DNA from: Lama guanicoe
Taxonomy: Eukaryota
Assembly: GCA_013239625.1 (NCBI GenBank)
Contig: MU054187.1
Coordinates: 15,826,941 to 15,890,940 of the forward strand
Direction of reading: 5' to 3'
DNA: 64,000 bases
Shown here: positions 1-11,638 of the stretch, piece after piece
Numbering within the stretch: the stretch's first letter is position 1
How the letters are laid out: each line of letters begins with the position of its first letter
Notes under the pieces: generated by a model
The model's database searches: none
Told to the model about the DNA's origin: nothing
What the model saw: only the letters and a program-made list of their open reading frames with translations
Made by a program: the position numbers and the translations under genes

Positions 1-260
1 TGGGTTTAAGGTAAAGTGAGGGATTCTGACTTTGATTAGAAATTGTAAGCAATAAGTTATAATTTGCATTTGAAAGTTACCTAGGAAAAGTGAAGAATTT
101 ATGTACTTAACTTGGACAGTAGGGGTCACTCTAATTCTTTAAAGATAAAGTGATAGGAAGATTATTAGCCATAGACAAGATTGTTCTTAAAGCACTTCAG
201 GGGAGCAGAGAAACTCTTTCTAACTAGAAAAATGAATTAGTGTGGGTACAAATTTGATGA

Positions 261-305
261 ACACACTACACACACACACACACACAGACACACCTCTACA
301 CATAC
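261..305. repeat. Imperfect (CA)n microsatellite
   Basis: acacactacacacacacacacacacagacacac read directly. Confidence 0.9.
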
Positions 306-719
306 AGTTAAATAGATTTAAAAATGAAGACTATGGTTACTCTGCATTAGGGTTTCTTGATATTTTAGGGCTAGTGTGGTTTTAATCCTGAGTTGTGGTT
401 TGCCATATATCAAAGGCTTCCAGAAACTCCATGACTAACCCACTTCATGAATGTTATTTACACATTGCTACTGGCTCTTTTTGCTTCACCCTGATTGTAG
501 CAATCTTCATGCTTTTTAAAAAAAATCATTATTCTCATAGGTAAATAGCAGTCAGAAAAAAATGTTTAAATTCATGTTAGACATAAATGAAATTTTGTTA
601 TGAATGTCAATATTGGTTTGCCATCCTTAGTAATCATTTCAGTCTAAAACGCAGATGAAATGAACCAGTTATTAAGAATGGCATGACACAGTAAAATAGT
701 CATTTTCAAGTCAATTATT

Positions 720-1520
720 TTATGTTCCCAGCCTTTGAAATCTCAAAATCTGGCAGGAGAGATAGAGATGAAAATAACCATTACAGTGTTGTTAAGTAAG
801 GGCTGCACTTGAAATGAAAGCGAAGTTCTGGGAAAAAGGAAAGGAAAAACTGAACCTGTTGGTATAAATTAGTGGCAGTTTTCAAGCTGATGGAGAGTAG
901 GGTATTTCAGGAAGAATGACTTGCAAAGCACTAGGAAGACAGGGCCATGGAAGTTGTCACAAGTGAACAGACCTGGGGGACGGGAGCTCACAGTTCATGA
1001 CTGTGGTGCTGTATTTGGTGGGAGGGGTCATGACAGCGGATGGCAAGGAGGAGCTTATCAAGAAAACTGTAACCCTGATTAGTCACATTTACGTACTTTC
1101 GTGGGAGCTGAGGATTGACGTGAGAGGATGTAGTCCTTAAAAATAAAGAGAGTCATCAAACTATCAGTTTAGTTCTTACCCAAAAATGATGGGAAAAAAA
1201 TCAAGGCTAGACAATTACACCTTGTTCATAAATTGGGCATAAATTTATCAAGTGCCTACTATATGTAAGGCATGGGTTTACATACTAGATTTAGAGGGAT
1301 CCACAACATGTGTGAGAGCTTACATTCTAGGGGAAGGAAGTTGATTACAGAGATGAAATACGATCAAGTCAATGTAAGACAGTGAACGTGCTGTGGTGGG
1401 AAAAACAGTCCTAAGGGAAGTGAGTGACTGGGGCAAGAAAGCCACTTGGCGTAGCTCAGGTAGAGAAGGTCTCCAGAGAAGGGGCCAAGGAATTGTCCGC
1501 TTTGTAAGGAAACAGAAATG
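720..1520 (-). mobile_element. Degenerate LINE-2 fragments
   Basis: Antisense L2 3' signature 'aaatttatcaagtgcctactatatgtaaggca...gagcttacattctagggga' at ~1240-1335, plus similar purine-rich L2-like sequence from ~720; boundaries approximate. Confidence 0.6.
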
Positions 1521-1644
1521 AGCTACGTGAGGGTGTGGAGGACTGGCATTTTGGGAGGAGAGAATAGTGAGCCCCAAAACCTGAAGGCACTTTAACACAA
1601 AACATTTTGCAATAATGGTTTCTCCTCATCACGTGGAAGCAAAT

Positions 1645-1870
1645 AACACAGTGGAGCAATTTCGAGTCTAGGATCTGGTGTCCATCTAATCTGAATTCAA
1701 ATTCTGATCAGTCCGTCAGGGACCTCTGGCAAGTATTCTAATCCTCAATGTTCTCTTTTCAAAAAGTGTAGTAATACCATACATATCACATCATTTCTGT
1801 CAGCAGTTTAAGATATAAAAGGGTTAAAACTTTAAGCAGAGTGGCCGACATACATGTAGGCAATTAATAG
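1645..1870 (+). mobile_element. MIR SINE
   Basis: MIR core-like 'ctgaattcaaattctgatc...ggcaagtattctaatcctc...' ending 'agcagagtggccgacatacatgtaggcaattaata'. Confidence 0.65.
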
Positions 1871-2999
1871 AACTTTCTCTACCCTATTCTGATTCATCTC
1901 CTCCTCTTGGGTGTAGAACTGTGTGGCTTACCAACCAGGTAGGTTTTTGTTTGTTAATCCTCAAATAGCGTGTCTGTTTATCTTTGCAGTGAATTCCTTT
2001 TTCACGTCCTTAATTCAAAATTAGATAGAAAGGATTATAGATAATTGAGGCTGGCCAGTAGGAAGGGAATGGGTGGTTTGTTCTCAGGTATCCTTAATTA
2101 ATTCTTAGTCATTCTTCCTAAGTATTCCTAATTTACAAGAAAAAAAAATCCAACGTATTTCAGGTCTGGGTAAGAAATGGTTGTGTTCGGGAACAAACGA
2201 TATTATAGATTTGTCAAAATATTTTTCTAAGTTAAGGAATTGCCAAAATAGACTATTTTTACAGGCCTACCAATTTTGAGCGAGTCTTTTAAAATCACCT
2301 AGCTGGCTCCTGCTGTTTTGTTTGCCTCTGATTTATTTGTAGACATTGCTCCTAAATAAGACTTTTCTTATTCCGTAGCTAAAACACTGCCCTCAGCTCT
2401 CGCATGTCCGACAGTCCTGTTCTTAACTTTGCTCTCCTACTTCTTTCGTTGACGATATATCTCTTACTATTGAGCCCTGTTGCCAATCCCTAAACCTCTT
2501 TTTCAGAATAAATCCTCTGACCTTCTTTTGCTAAAGCCTAATGACCAAAGCAGACTCCTCACCAGCCCTCCAAGTAATCCTGCCTTTTCTGTCACTGACT
2601 GTACAAATTTCTCCCCACCGCAGGAGGTGGACTTCGGTTGTGTTCTGTGAACACTCACTGCAGGACCTCCTTGTGTAATGGCGCCCAGTATTCTCTCCTT
2701 TCTCATTCTCCCCATTAGCTTCCTCCTGCTCCTTTCTATGGTAGACTACACAGTGCATTTCTGGAATATTCCACAGTGTATACAGGTAAACATCCTCATT
2801 TAATGGCCTGGGTCTATGTTTCATACATCTTTCTGCATATAATAAAGAAACAAGTTGTTGCAGCAGAAAGGGACCTTAAAAATAACATAATTCAGTCTTT
2901 TACATAAGAAAGTAAAAACCATGAGGAATTCAGGTTATATGTTAGAATCAGATCTTCAAAACTCTTAGTCTGTTTTCTTTGCGGTTCACCAAAGATCAT

Positions 3000-3332
3000 A
3001 AAGTTATGGCTTGGGGTCTAGCAGATGTGCTTTGTTTAGCCCTCAAAGAGACTCTAAAATATTTTTAGTTGTTTCCAAACTCTAATAATCTAAGATTTCA
3101 TATAAAACTCTGGATTCCCAAATTCTCTTAGAAATCAGATTATTTGGTGATTCTTGATGCTCCTGACTTAATTACAGTGCTTGGCTAAATCTAGGTAGAA
3201 GCATCCACATTCGGGAGTTTGGGCTCTCCAACTGGTGAGTTCCAATTATTCTCTAATGTTTAACAGTCTTCTCTGTGTTACTGACTGATATCACCTGCCT
3301 GATCCCCACGGGAATTTGACTTACGCCATTCT
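3000..3332. mobile_element. MER102-like hAT-Charlie DNA transposon relic
   Basis: 'gcagatgtgctttgtttagccc...agatttcatataaaactctggattccc...ctcttagaaatcagattatttgg' resembles the MER102 consensus as recalled. Confidence 0.65.
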
Positions 3333-6254
3333 TTTTCTATATCCAAGTGCTTCTCACTTGCAAGATAAAAACTTGAAAACTTTGGCCCAGGTTTCACATC
3401 TTTGGGGATCCAGAACTGCAAAGAGGTACCAGTCGGGGCATAGATGTGCTGTTACCCTGTAGGTGTAAAAAGGGGTTTCAGCCAGTCAGTGAAATTCCAC
3501 AAGCATGTTCCCAGAGTTGTCTTTGTGTGAGGCATTGAACTAGGCATCAGGGTCCCCACGGCAAATGAAACGATCCTTGGAGGATTTTACTTGATTACAA
3601 AACTGCATTGAATTATCCTCGAGAGTGGGTACTATTTCTTATGTTTGCATCAAAAGCTGTAAAATAACCAGCATAAGATATACTTATTAATGTTATTAAT
3701 ATAACAATCATAAGAGTAGGGTTTCTTTAATGAAAGGAACTATGTAAAGCAAATAATATTAAAAGTAATCCACGAACAACAGCACAAACAATGAAACTTT
3801 ATTGGACCATCTGACCACTGGTTGTTACCAACTGCAGATGAGTATTCCTACTAATCATAATCAACAAAAATGCTTCTTCATTTAAAGGTGTGTGAACATT
3901 TCATATTGGAAAATATGACCCTAATATTTTTCTGTATTGATATCCCAAATGTTTGATATTACACAGGGGTTCTTAGAATTGTGAACAATGTATGTGCTAT
4001 GTAGTGAGCATATTGGCGTTGCTCTGATTAAACTAAACTATCATTGAAAGCTAACAAACCAGATTGTCTTTTCTAACCAGATAGATGGTATTCGCTCACT
4101 GTTGGTAGTATCTGTGGACCGAACAATTCTGTCAATAGTGACGATGGATTTTACAAATCTGTTCACCCTCTGTTACTCTGTTCCTCTGTTGACTAATAGG
4201 GGTGTGTATTAGGCCCTACGTTATGGGTGGAGCTAGAAGCTTAGGAAAAACAAAGCCATTGTTCAGAACAGGGTTTTGCCTTCATGATCTAATTAACTGA
4301 GGCAACCAGCACCCAGCACAGTTAAGGCTTATCAGAATTCTTTCCATCACCAAATATTACCTGAATAATTTCATTGAGTGAAAAAGAATAAATTAAAATA
4401 AATTTTAATGTTCATATTCACTTATTCTGTAGAGCATACTAATACACAGTATGAGAGGGCAGTTAGAGAGTGGAAAATACGATACTTTCTATAGACCCTT
4501 TCCAAACTCAGTGAAGTCATTCAAGCACGTAATAGCAATGGAGTGAATTCTGGTGAATAGTAAAGGTAAAAGGACTTCAAAAGGTCAGGGTCCTCATTAT
4601 TCCTGTTTGTTGAATGCCTGGTGAGCCCAATACTTGATACACCATATTAAAGGACTTGGTCCTTGTCCCAGAGGCTCGGAGATTGTATTAATTCGGCATG
4701 GACAATTGTGTTAGCCAAGCAGCAGGTTAGCTGGAGAACAGAGATTTTCCTAAACATTTAAAATATTTTTGCCTATTTTTATTTTGTCATTCTATACTTT
4801 TGTTTCTCATAACTTCTGTTTAGAATAAAAGAAAAAGAGGTTAGGCTTTACCTCTGACAAGAATCATAGAAAATTTGCTTTTGGGAAGAGCTTTTTTTTT
4901 TTAAGTAAATGTAAAAATAGACTGGATGTAGAAAAGAGGAAGATGGATTGTTACAAGCATGACTAGAAAAATAGAAAGCAATACAAAGTTGGTCTGGAGA
5001 GATGAAACGTGTAACGAATGAGTCTACGTAGATAAAAGGAGTGTTGAGAACTGAGGAGCCGAGAGCTGATTTAGCAATACGTGCAAGGCTGGTTTACTCC
5101 AGAGTGAAAAGGATGGTTTGCCAAACTGAATTTATATCTGTCTGAGGGTTGTCCAGTTCTGCCTAGTTTGCCCTTTTAACAAATAACAATGGCGACTTTT
5201 TGAGAAGCATGTAATAAAATCTATTTCTTGGGAGTTTGTTTATCCCGATCTTTTCTGAAATTTGATTTGCATGAAAAATAGTTCATGCTGCTCATCTGGT
5301 AGTTCTTTATTACTATTTAATAGAATTCATCAAACTTTCATATTTAGTAGGAAAATAAACAGGTAGTATATCTACATTAAAAGGAAATCTTTCATTTGAA
5401 TTATAGTTTCAACTTACATTTTTTTTTTTTGGATTAGTGACTATAAGCTACATAGTCATTTTCTCTGTTATATGTGACATCTGGCCTTGTTAAAAATATT
5501 AGTTTTGCAATTTCTTGCATATTGAAAAATATTTTCTCTTGCTTTAATTATGACAAATCAGAGTAGGTAACAGGGTTAAGCTAAATCTATTAGAAGAATA
5601 AAGAATTCACTGAGCCAAGACTAATCATCATTTAGATTATCAGTAGAAAATGATTAATAAACAATGGATTGTGTGACAAGTTCTGTTGATGCTGTGTTTG
5701 GGTAGCCAAATGTTCTAGCTTTACAAATGAAAAAAAATCCTTAAGCAGCTTATGGGAGAAAGTAATCATTCACATTACAAACGTAAGAATTTCAAATTAC
5801 ATACTTCATCACATTGAGCCTTTTACAGAATAAAATCATTACTTGGTGTTTTAAGTAAATGGAAAACACTCCTATACATCTTATTTACTTTCAAACAATT
5901 GCTATAAGAGAGAACTTTGAGGAAAATTGCTGAGAACACATCTCTAGAAGACAGTGGCCAGAAATATTCAAAAGTATGCTTAAGAATAGAATTTAAACAG
6001 ACGTTTTTCCTTAGAAATTTCTTTTGCTAAGATAATTTTTTTGAAGTAGTTTTACTTTTTGGAAATCTAATTTTGAGAAAACCAATCTGGAGAGGTGTTT
6101 GGGAAGATGTAAGGAAGATGTTTGCTCCCAGGTGGTTCTCTGAGTTGAAGTTGAAAATTTGTCTCAATAGACTTTTTCAACATATGGTGTGTGTTTGTGC
6201 ATTTGAACTTAATATCCTACAGTTGTACCATATTTCATATGCTAAATTCTTATT

Positions 6255-6480
6255 AATTTCTGAAGGGTGTGTAAGAGTAAGAACTCAAGAATTGAAAAAC
6301 TTGGGTTCAAATACTAGTTTACCACTTGAATAATGATATTAGACAAATCATTAAGTTTTCCAAGATGTAGTGTTTTTATCTGTAAAATGATGGTAGTAGC
6401 AATGGCTACCTCATTATTGCTGTTATGGTAGCAATGAAGGAAGAGATGCAAAACATTTAGAATGGTGCCTGAGAATACTA
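6255..6480 (+). mobile_element. MIR SINE
   Basis: 'acttgggttcaaatactagtttaccact...ttttatctgtaaaatgatgg...aaaacatttagaatggtgcctg'. Confidence 0.75.
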
Positions 6481-7694
6481 CCTTTTTCTGGTAGTTTGTT
6501 CTGCTATACAATGCTATGGAATATTATTGAGATTTCCATGGTTATTAAAAGAAATTAAGAACTCATTATCTCTCAAGTCTAGACTTAGAAATAAGTGACA
6601 CATTGTCAGTCATCCTTATCTTTCAAAGATTTATTATGGCTTAAACTTTACTTATGTGATAACATTAATATTACCCGAGCTATTAATAACCTGCTACTGC
6701 ACCGTATATATTACTAGGATACCAAGTGTAAAATCTAGCTCTCTGGGAGGGGGCGGCTGTTCCCAGCATTAAAACGTTAATGTCACAATCTGTAGTAGGG
6801 ACTGAATAATGAAGAGGAGCTATTACTCTTCTCATTGTTGAATCTGTGAAGTTAAATGAAAATAAACTCATGAAAATTAAAAGCGGCTGGCTCGGAGCTC
6901 TGTAGCTCTGTGTTGGGCAAAATGAATTGCAGAGTAATTTTGATAATTAATTTCCTCTTGATGTTTAACACTTATATTGTCTTCCATTACACCCTCTTCA
7001 TCTTGATTATTAAGACCGCAGAGGCTTTCTTACACAAATAGTTTATTTGCTTTTTCTGAAAGAGAAATAGTGGCTCAAACTTTGTTTTCAATGAGTCTCT
7101 ACAGGAGAGCATGAGGGCTGATTTTTACCTGTATTCTTGGGCAGTTTTCTTCTGGCTGACAACTTCATAAAGGAATGATGGTAGGTTAGGGGAGATAGGT
7201 GATCAGAGCCTTTCTGATTTGATACTGCACTATTTTACACCAAAATTTATGACACAGAACTTTTTAGTAGATAAGGCTTTGAATGTATCTTCTGCAGTCT
7301 GTAGGAGATATAGATCACCACCTTGCAACTTGTGAGAAGTTAATACCTAATAATTCACGAATGTTTTTAAGCTATTTCTGCATAAACAAGAAATAGACAG
7401 ACAGGGATATGAAAAAAGCCTACAAAATTGTTCAGGGTAGGGATGGGTAAGCATATTCTTATAGTTCAAATTGGCGTTCACCTCTTCTAAAAGCCCATAC
7501 CCTTCAAAAGAAACCTGAGTTTTCCGTTACTATTTAAATCTGCCTCGATGATCGTAAATACCCACCCATTCTACAGCCATAACGGGAAAACTTTGCCTAC
7601 AGCAGCCTCCACACATAGAAAGCAATACGGTTAATAAATGCAAGTATTGTCGAATAAATTACTAGTGGGAAATGATCATTTATTCATTTAAGAT

Positions 7695-7827
7695 GCACTG
7701 CAGGGCGTTGAACATCTCAGACTCCCACCACGTAAGGGGCAGAGCATCCCCGCATCAGTGCGACAGTCCAGTATCTCCACAGATTTCCAAACTCCTTCCT
7801 GAGGGTAGTGGCTGAGATCCAGTGCAT
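7695..7827. mobile_element. MER20/MER112-like hAT fragment
   Basis: 'gcactgcagggcgttgaacatc...gtgcgacagtccagtatctccacagatttccaaa...gctgagatccagtg' resembles the terminal half of MER20-family elements. Confidence 0.45.
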
Positions 7828-8624
7828 TAGATCCTCTGAGATCTTTGTGGGTTTAATGCATGAACCCAAATTGTCTACTGAGAACCTAAAGGGGAAAAAC
7901 TTAATTAGTTATGAAGATCCTTGAACCAACAGTCTCAACAAATAGCCTTTAAATATACAAATGCGCATGTATAAGTGTGTGTGGTATAACATGAAATTTT
8001 GGGATGTTTTCAAATGTCTGCAGGAGATATTGTTATAATTTATAAAATACCACCAAATTTAAAATCATTTAAGATTGGTGGCAAACTTTTTCGAGTACAT
8101 ATTTTGATAACTCAGGGAGAATCAAAATCATCTATTATCACGTGAAAGATCATGAATATTTCTTGAAGTAAAAAGGTCTTCAAAACAGAAAATTTAGTTT
8201 TGAAGTGCAAAGAGTAATTATGAAGGAAAAGTTGATTTATTGCCAACAAAACAATAAAGATAATAATATCAAGGTGACACGGTAAGGAATCGTGCTGTAA
8301 AGGCCACAGTTGGTAGCAGGTAAGTGGACACCATGCAGTAGAAGCTGGCAAGTTAGGAGGTAGATGTGTAGTCGAAATGCCCTAAAGGCTCTCAGAAATG
8401 CTTCTGATTAGCCAGTGGTCGATTTTATCAATGTTAGCAGAATAGAGAGGTCACACTGTCTTCTCCCACCTCTTTTTTAGTGTCTCATCACCCTCACAAC
8501 TTATGATATGCTTAAGCTCTTTATAAATTACTTTACCCTACTCATCAGTTCTAATAAAATCAATGCATTTGCTACCAGATGCATGAAGCTATTTGGTATT
8601 GCATCAAAAAAGTGACAAGTTGTT

Positions 8625-8759
8625 GGGGAGGACATAGCTCAAGTGGCAGGATGCTTGCTTGGCATGCGTGAGGTCCTGGGTTCAATCCTCAGTACCTCTT
8701 CTAAAAATAAACATACCTAATTACCGCTCCCCCTAAAAAAAATAAATAAAATTTTAAGG
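8625..8759 (+). mobile_element. Camelid tRNA-derived SINE (vic-1 type) with 15-bp target-site duplication
   Basis: GGGGAGG head, Pol III A-box (tagctcaagtgg) and B-box (ggttcaatcc), 'cctaattacc-ctcccc' body, A-rich tail; AAAAGTGACAAGTTG at both 8608-8622 and 8760-8774. Confidence 0.93.
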
Positions 8760-8779
8760 AAAAGTGACAAGTTGATTAA

Positions 8780-8990
8780 CAGAAGCTTTACTTACTATGA
8801 AGCACTTACTTTGTAGCAGGTACTGTTTCATAGTTCTTTAGCTTATTTAGCTTCAAATTATTCTGTCCTGGAAGTGTTCTCATGCCTACTTACAAATAAG
8901 AAAACCAGAGACCCAAGGAGCTTGTGTCTTCCTGGAGGTCACATTTAAGTGTGTCAAGAATTATATTGATCTCAACACTAGATCAGAGTG
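8780..8990 (-). mobile_element. MIR SINE
   Basis: 'tatgaagcacttactttgtagcaggtactgttt...ttacaaataagaaaaccagagacccaagga...gaggtcacat'. Confidence 0.65.
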
Positions 8991-10189
8991 GCTGGATTTG
9001 GGGCAGCCTCGGACAGTGAATGGGAATTTCTGAAATGTCTCATCTACAGAAGAGAAATACTAATTGAAGCCTGTCTTACAAGCTGATCAAAATTGTGAGT
9101 AGCTCAATTGCTACGGTTTTGTTTTAAAGTTCCCTTGTTTCTTTCTTCTTCTCTTCAGGTACACCTCGGAAGAGAAGACAGAATGTGCAAAAAATGAACC
9201 ACATGCATACTTCATAGCAGACATTTTAGAGATAATTTTAAATCTAGGCTGTGTAATAAGAGGTAAGAGTAAATAATAATAAAAATAAAACAACAGATGT
9301 TGTCAGAGTTGATGTCAACTAAGTCTTGTCAAACCAAATAAATGATGAAGTCTACATCAGTGCATGGTCATTTTGGAAGGTGATGATCATTTCCGTAAAT
9401 TGACAATAGCAGAGTCAGCATGAAAATAAAATGAGAAGGGGTTTCCAGGTTTACGTTACAGACATACTGAATGTTGAATTCTGCTAAAGTAATTTTTCAG
9501 ACTTGATTTCTGTGGAAAACAGTTAACACAATTGTCTAGTCCTCTCGGCTTCCTAAATTGCCAAATAGAGGCAACTCTACAGCCAGAATCACGCAGAGGA
9601 AACGTTTCTACTTAGTGCTGAAGTCTTTCAAATATTGTTGGATGTTTGATTCAGAAAACAAATAGAGATGTGAGCGGTTGGGTCAGAGTTTAGAAGGAAG
9701 TAAATTTTCTTCCCCCTGGGTATCTTGTTCCAGAGCAATGACATTGGAACTTGAGTGTTTGTGTCAAGAGTAGTGGTTAGATTACTTCCCAACAGTCTTG
9801 AGCTTATGCTCTTTTCATGAATATCAGATGTAGTCTAATGACTCTGTTACATTCTTTTCACCTTGACTTTAGAGTATTTCTTGTGAATGTTTTTGAACTT
9901 TGTGTTTTTCTCCTCATAGAACTTTCTCTAAATCTCTCAACCAGCTTAAAGAGATAGAATGTTATTTAATAGCATTTTTAAGTTATGTTTATTTCAACAG
10001 TTTAGAGGATCATTAGTTTGGTTGGTACTGAGTAGAAATAGCTGTTGGACAGTTTTTGTCAATAATATAACAGGTACATTTCTCCTTGTTCTATTTGGTC
10101 ATCACATCCAATTCAGCCTCTTAAAATTAGGCCTATTATATATTTCACTCTTCCTTTTCATAAAGGCTTCATAGTAGTCTTATTTGTGT

Positions 10190-10900
10190 GAATGACATCA
10201 CCCTATTTCCAGGTAATCTTCACCTCCTTTATTCAATTTCCCCCTTGCCTTTCATCCAGTCACTTCCCATGTCCTATGTGTTCTTCCTTCACAGTGCCTC
10301 CACAGTGAGTCAATCTCTTTCCATTTCTGATTATATACCTGAATTCAGACCTTAGAATAGCTTCACCAATCCTGCACATCATCCAAAGTTAATTTCATTA
10401 GAACATGATCCCTATTTTCTCAAGTGCAATGGCCAATAATTTTCTATTTAATAAATTCTAAAACATATAACCTGATATGCAATTCCCACTATGAGCTATT
10501 CTCCAATAAATTCAGCCTCATCACCTCTTTCCTTTAGTTCTCCTTTTCGTTCAGTATTTTACCCTGAACACCGAGACTTCTCCTAATTCTGTGATTTAAT
10601 TCATGCTCCCTGATCTACCTGGAATTTTTGTCTAGCTTTTCATCTCCACATCTAAATTGAGTCTATCCTTCCATCCTGTCTACAATATAAATAATTTCCT
10701 GATTATCCCAGCCAGGTACGATCTCTTGTTTTTTATACAAATTCTAGAATATTCATTCTCTATGTCCCTTTTGGGACACATGGCATTAGAAACACACAAG
10801 AGATTTTTTTCTAAGTTTGCTTGTCTACTTAGTGGCAGAATTCGGTATTCTCCTGAGTCTCCTGAGTCTATTCAGATCAGTTACACTGAGTCCCACTAAT
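10190..10900 (+). mobile_element. Degenerate LINE-2 3' region
   Basis: CT-rich L2-like sequence ('ttcatccagtcacttcccatgtccta...', 'agtggcagaattcggtattctc'). Confidence 0.5.
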
Positions 10901-11617
10901 TTACTGTTTTAATTATCTGAACCTTTACTCTCCAGATAAACACAGGCTTGGTTGCCTCGTGCCTTCGAGAGAAATCAAATTCCATTGTCTGAGAAACAAG
11001 TCCTTCATAACAGTGGCGCTCCAGCTGGGATGCCCATGAGAAGCTACTGAAGCAAGGACTGAATGCAGTTAATTCCAGGCAATCTCACGTTCTCCTGTGA
11101 AGTCAAACTCATCAGTGCTGAGATCAGTTCCAACTTCAGCATTTGATGAAGTCTTCAGGGGTAGAGGTTTTTCACAGTATTTTCTGAGATCAAATCATGC
11201 AAAATCTTAACAAAAATCTTCCTAGAGTTTCTTTTAGTTGATGCAGGGGATGTTTTGATTTCATGTCCATTAACGAATCACTAGGCTGTAGACTACTTAC
11301 TTAGGAGGGGAAAAGCATGATTTTTGTCTGTACTCCCTATCAGGATATGGTAGGTAGGAAGCTCTGGCTGGGATAATTCAACGTGAGGCTTCTGGTTTCT
11401 TCCAGCTGCTAGGCAGCATGAGGTGGTGATGGCTACAGCATGCTCTGTACTCCATCGCTTGTCCCTGTGTGTATTTTCATCATTCACACAGCAGTGGGTG
11501 TATGAATGGCTGCCTCAAGGACTTCCACGAGTGCTTATACTCTACTGAGGTCAAAAAGCTTCCTGGAGGAGAAAAATTCTACCTTACCGTGGCAGAGTAA
11601 AATGGAGTTAAAATTAA

Positions 11618-11638
11618 TGTGTGTGTGTGTGTGTGTGT
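11618..11638. repeat. (TG)10 microsatellite
   Basis: Read directly. Confidence 0.95.

Noticed and set aside
8625..8700. tRNA gene (also at 15630-15701 and 20046-20118)
   Set aside because: The tRNA-like head is followed by a shared SINE body, A-rich tail and TSD, so these are SINEs
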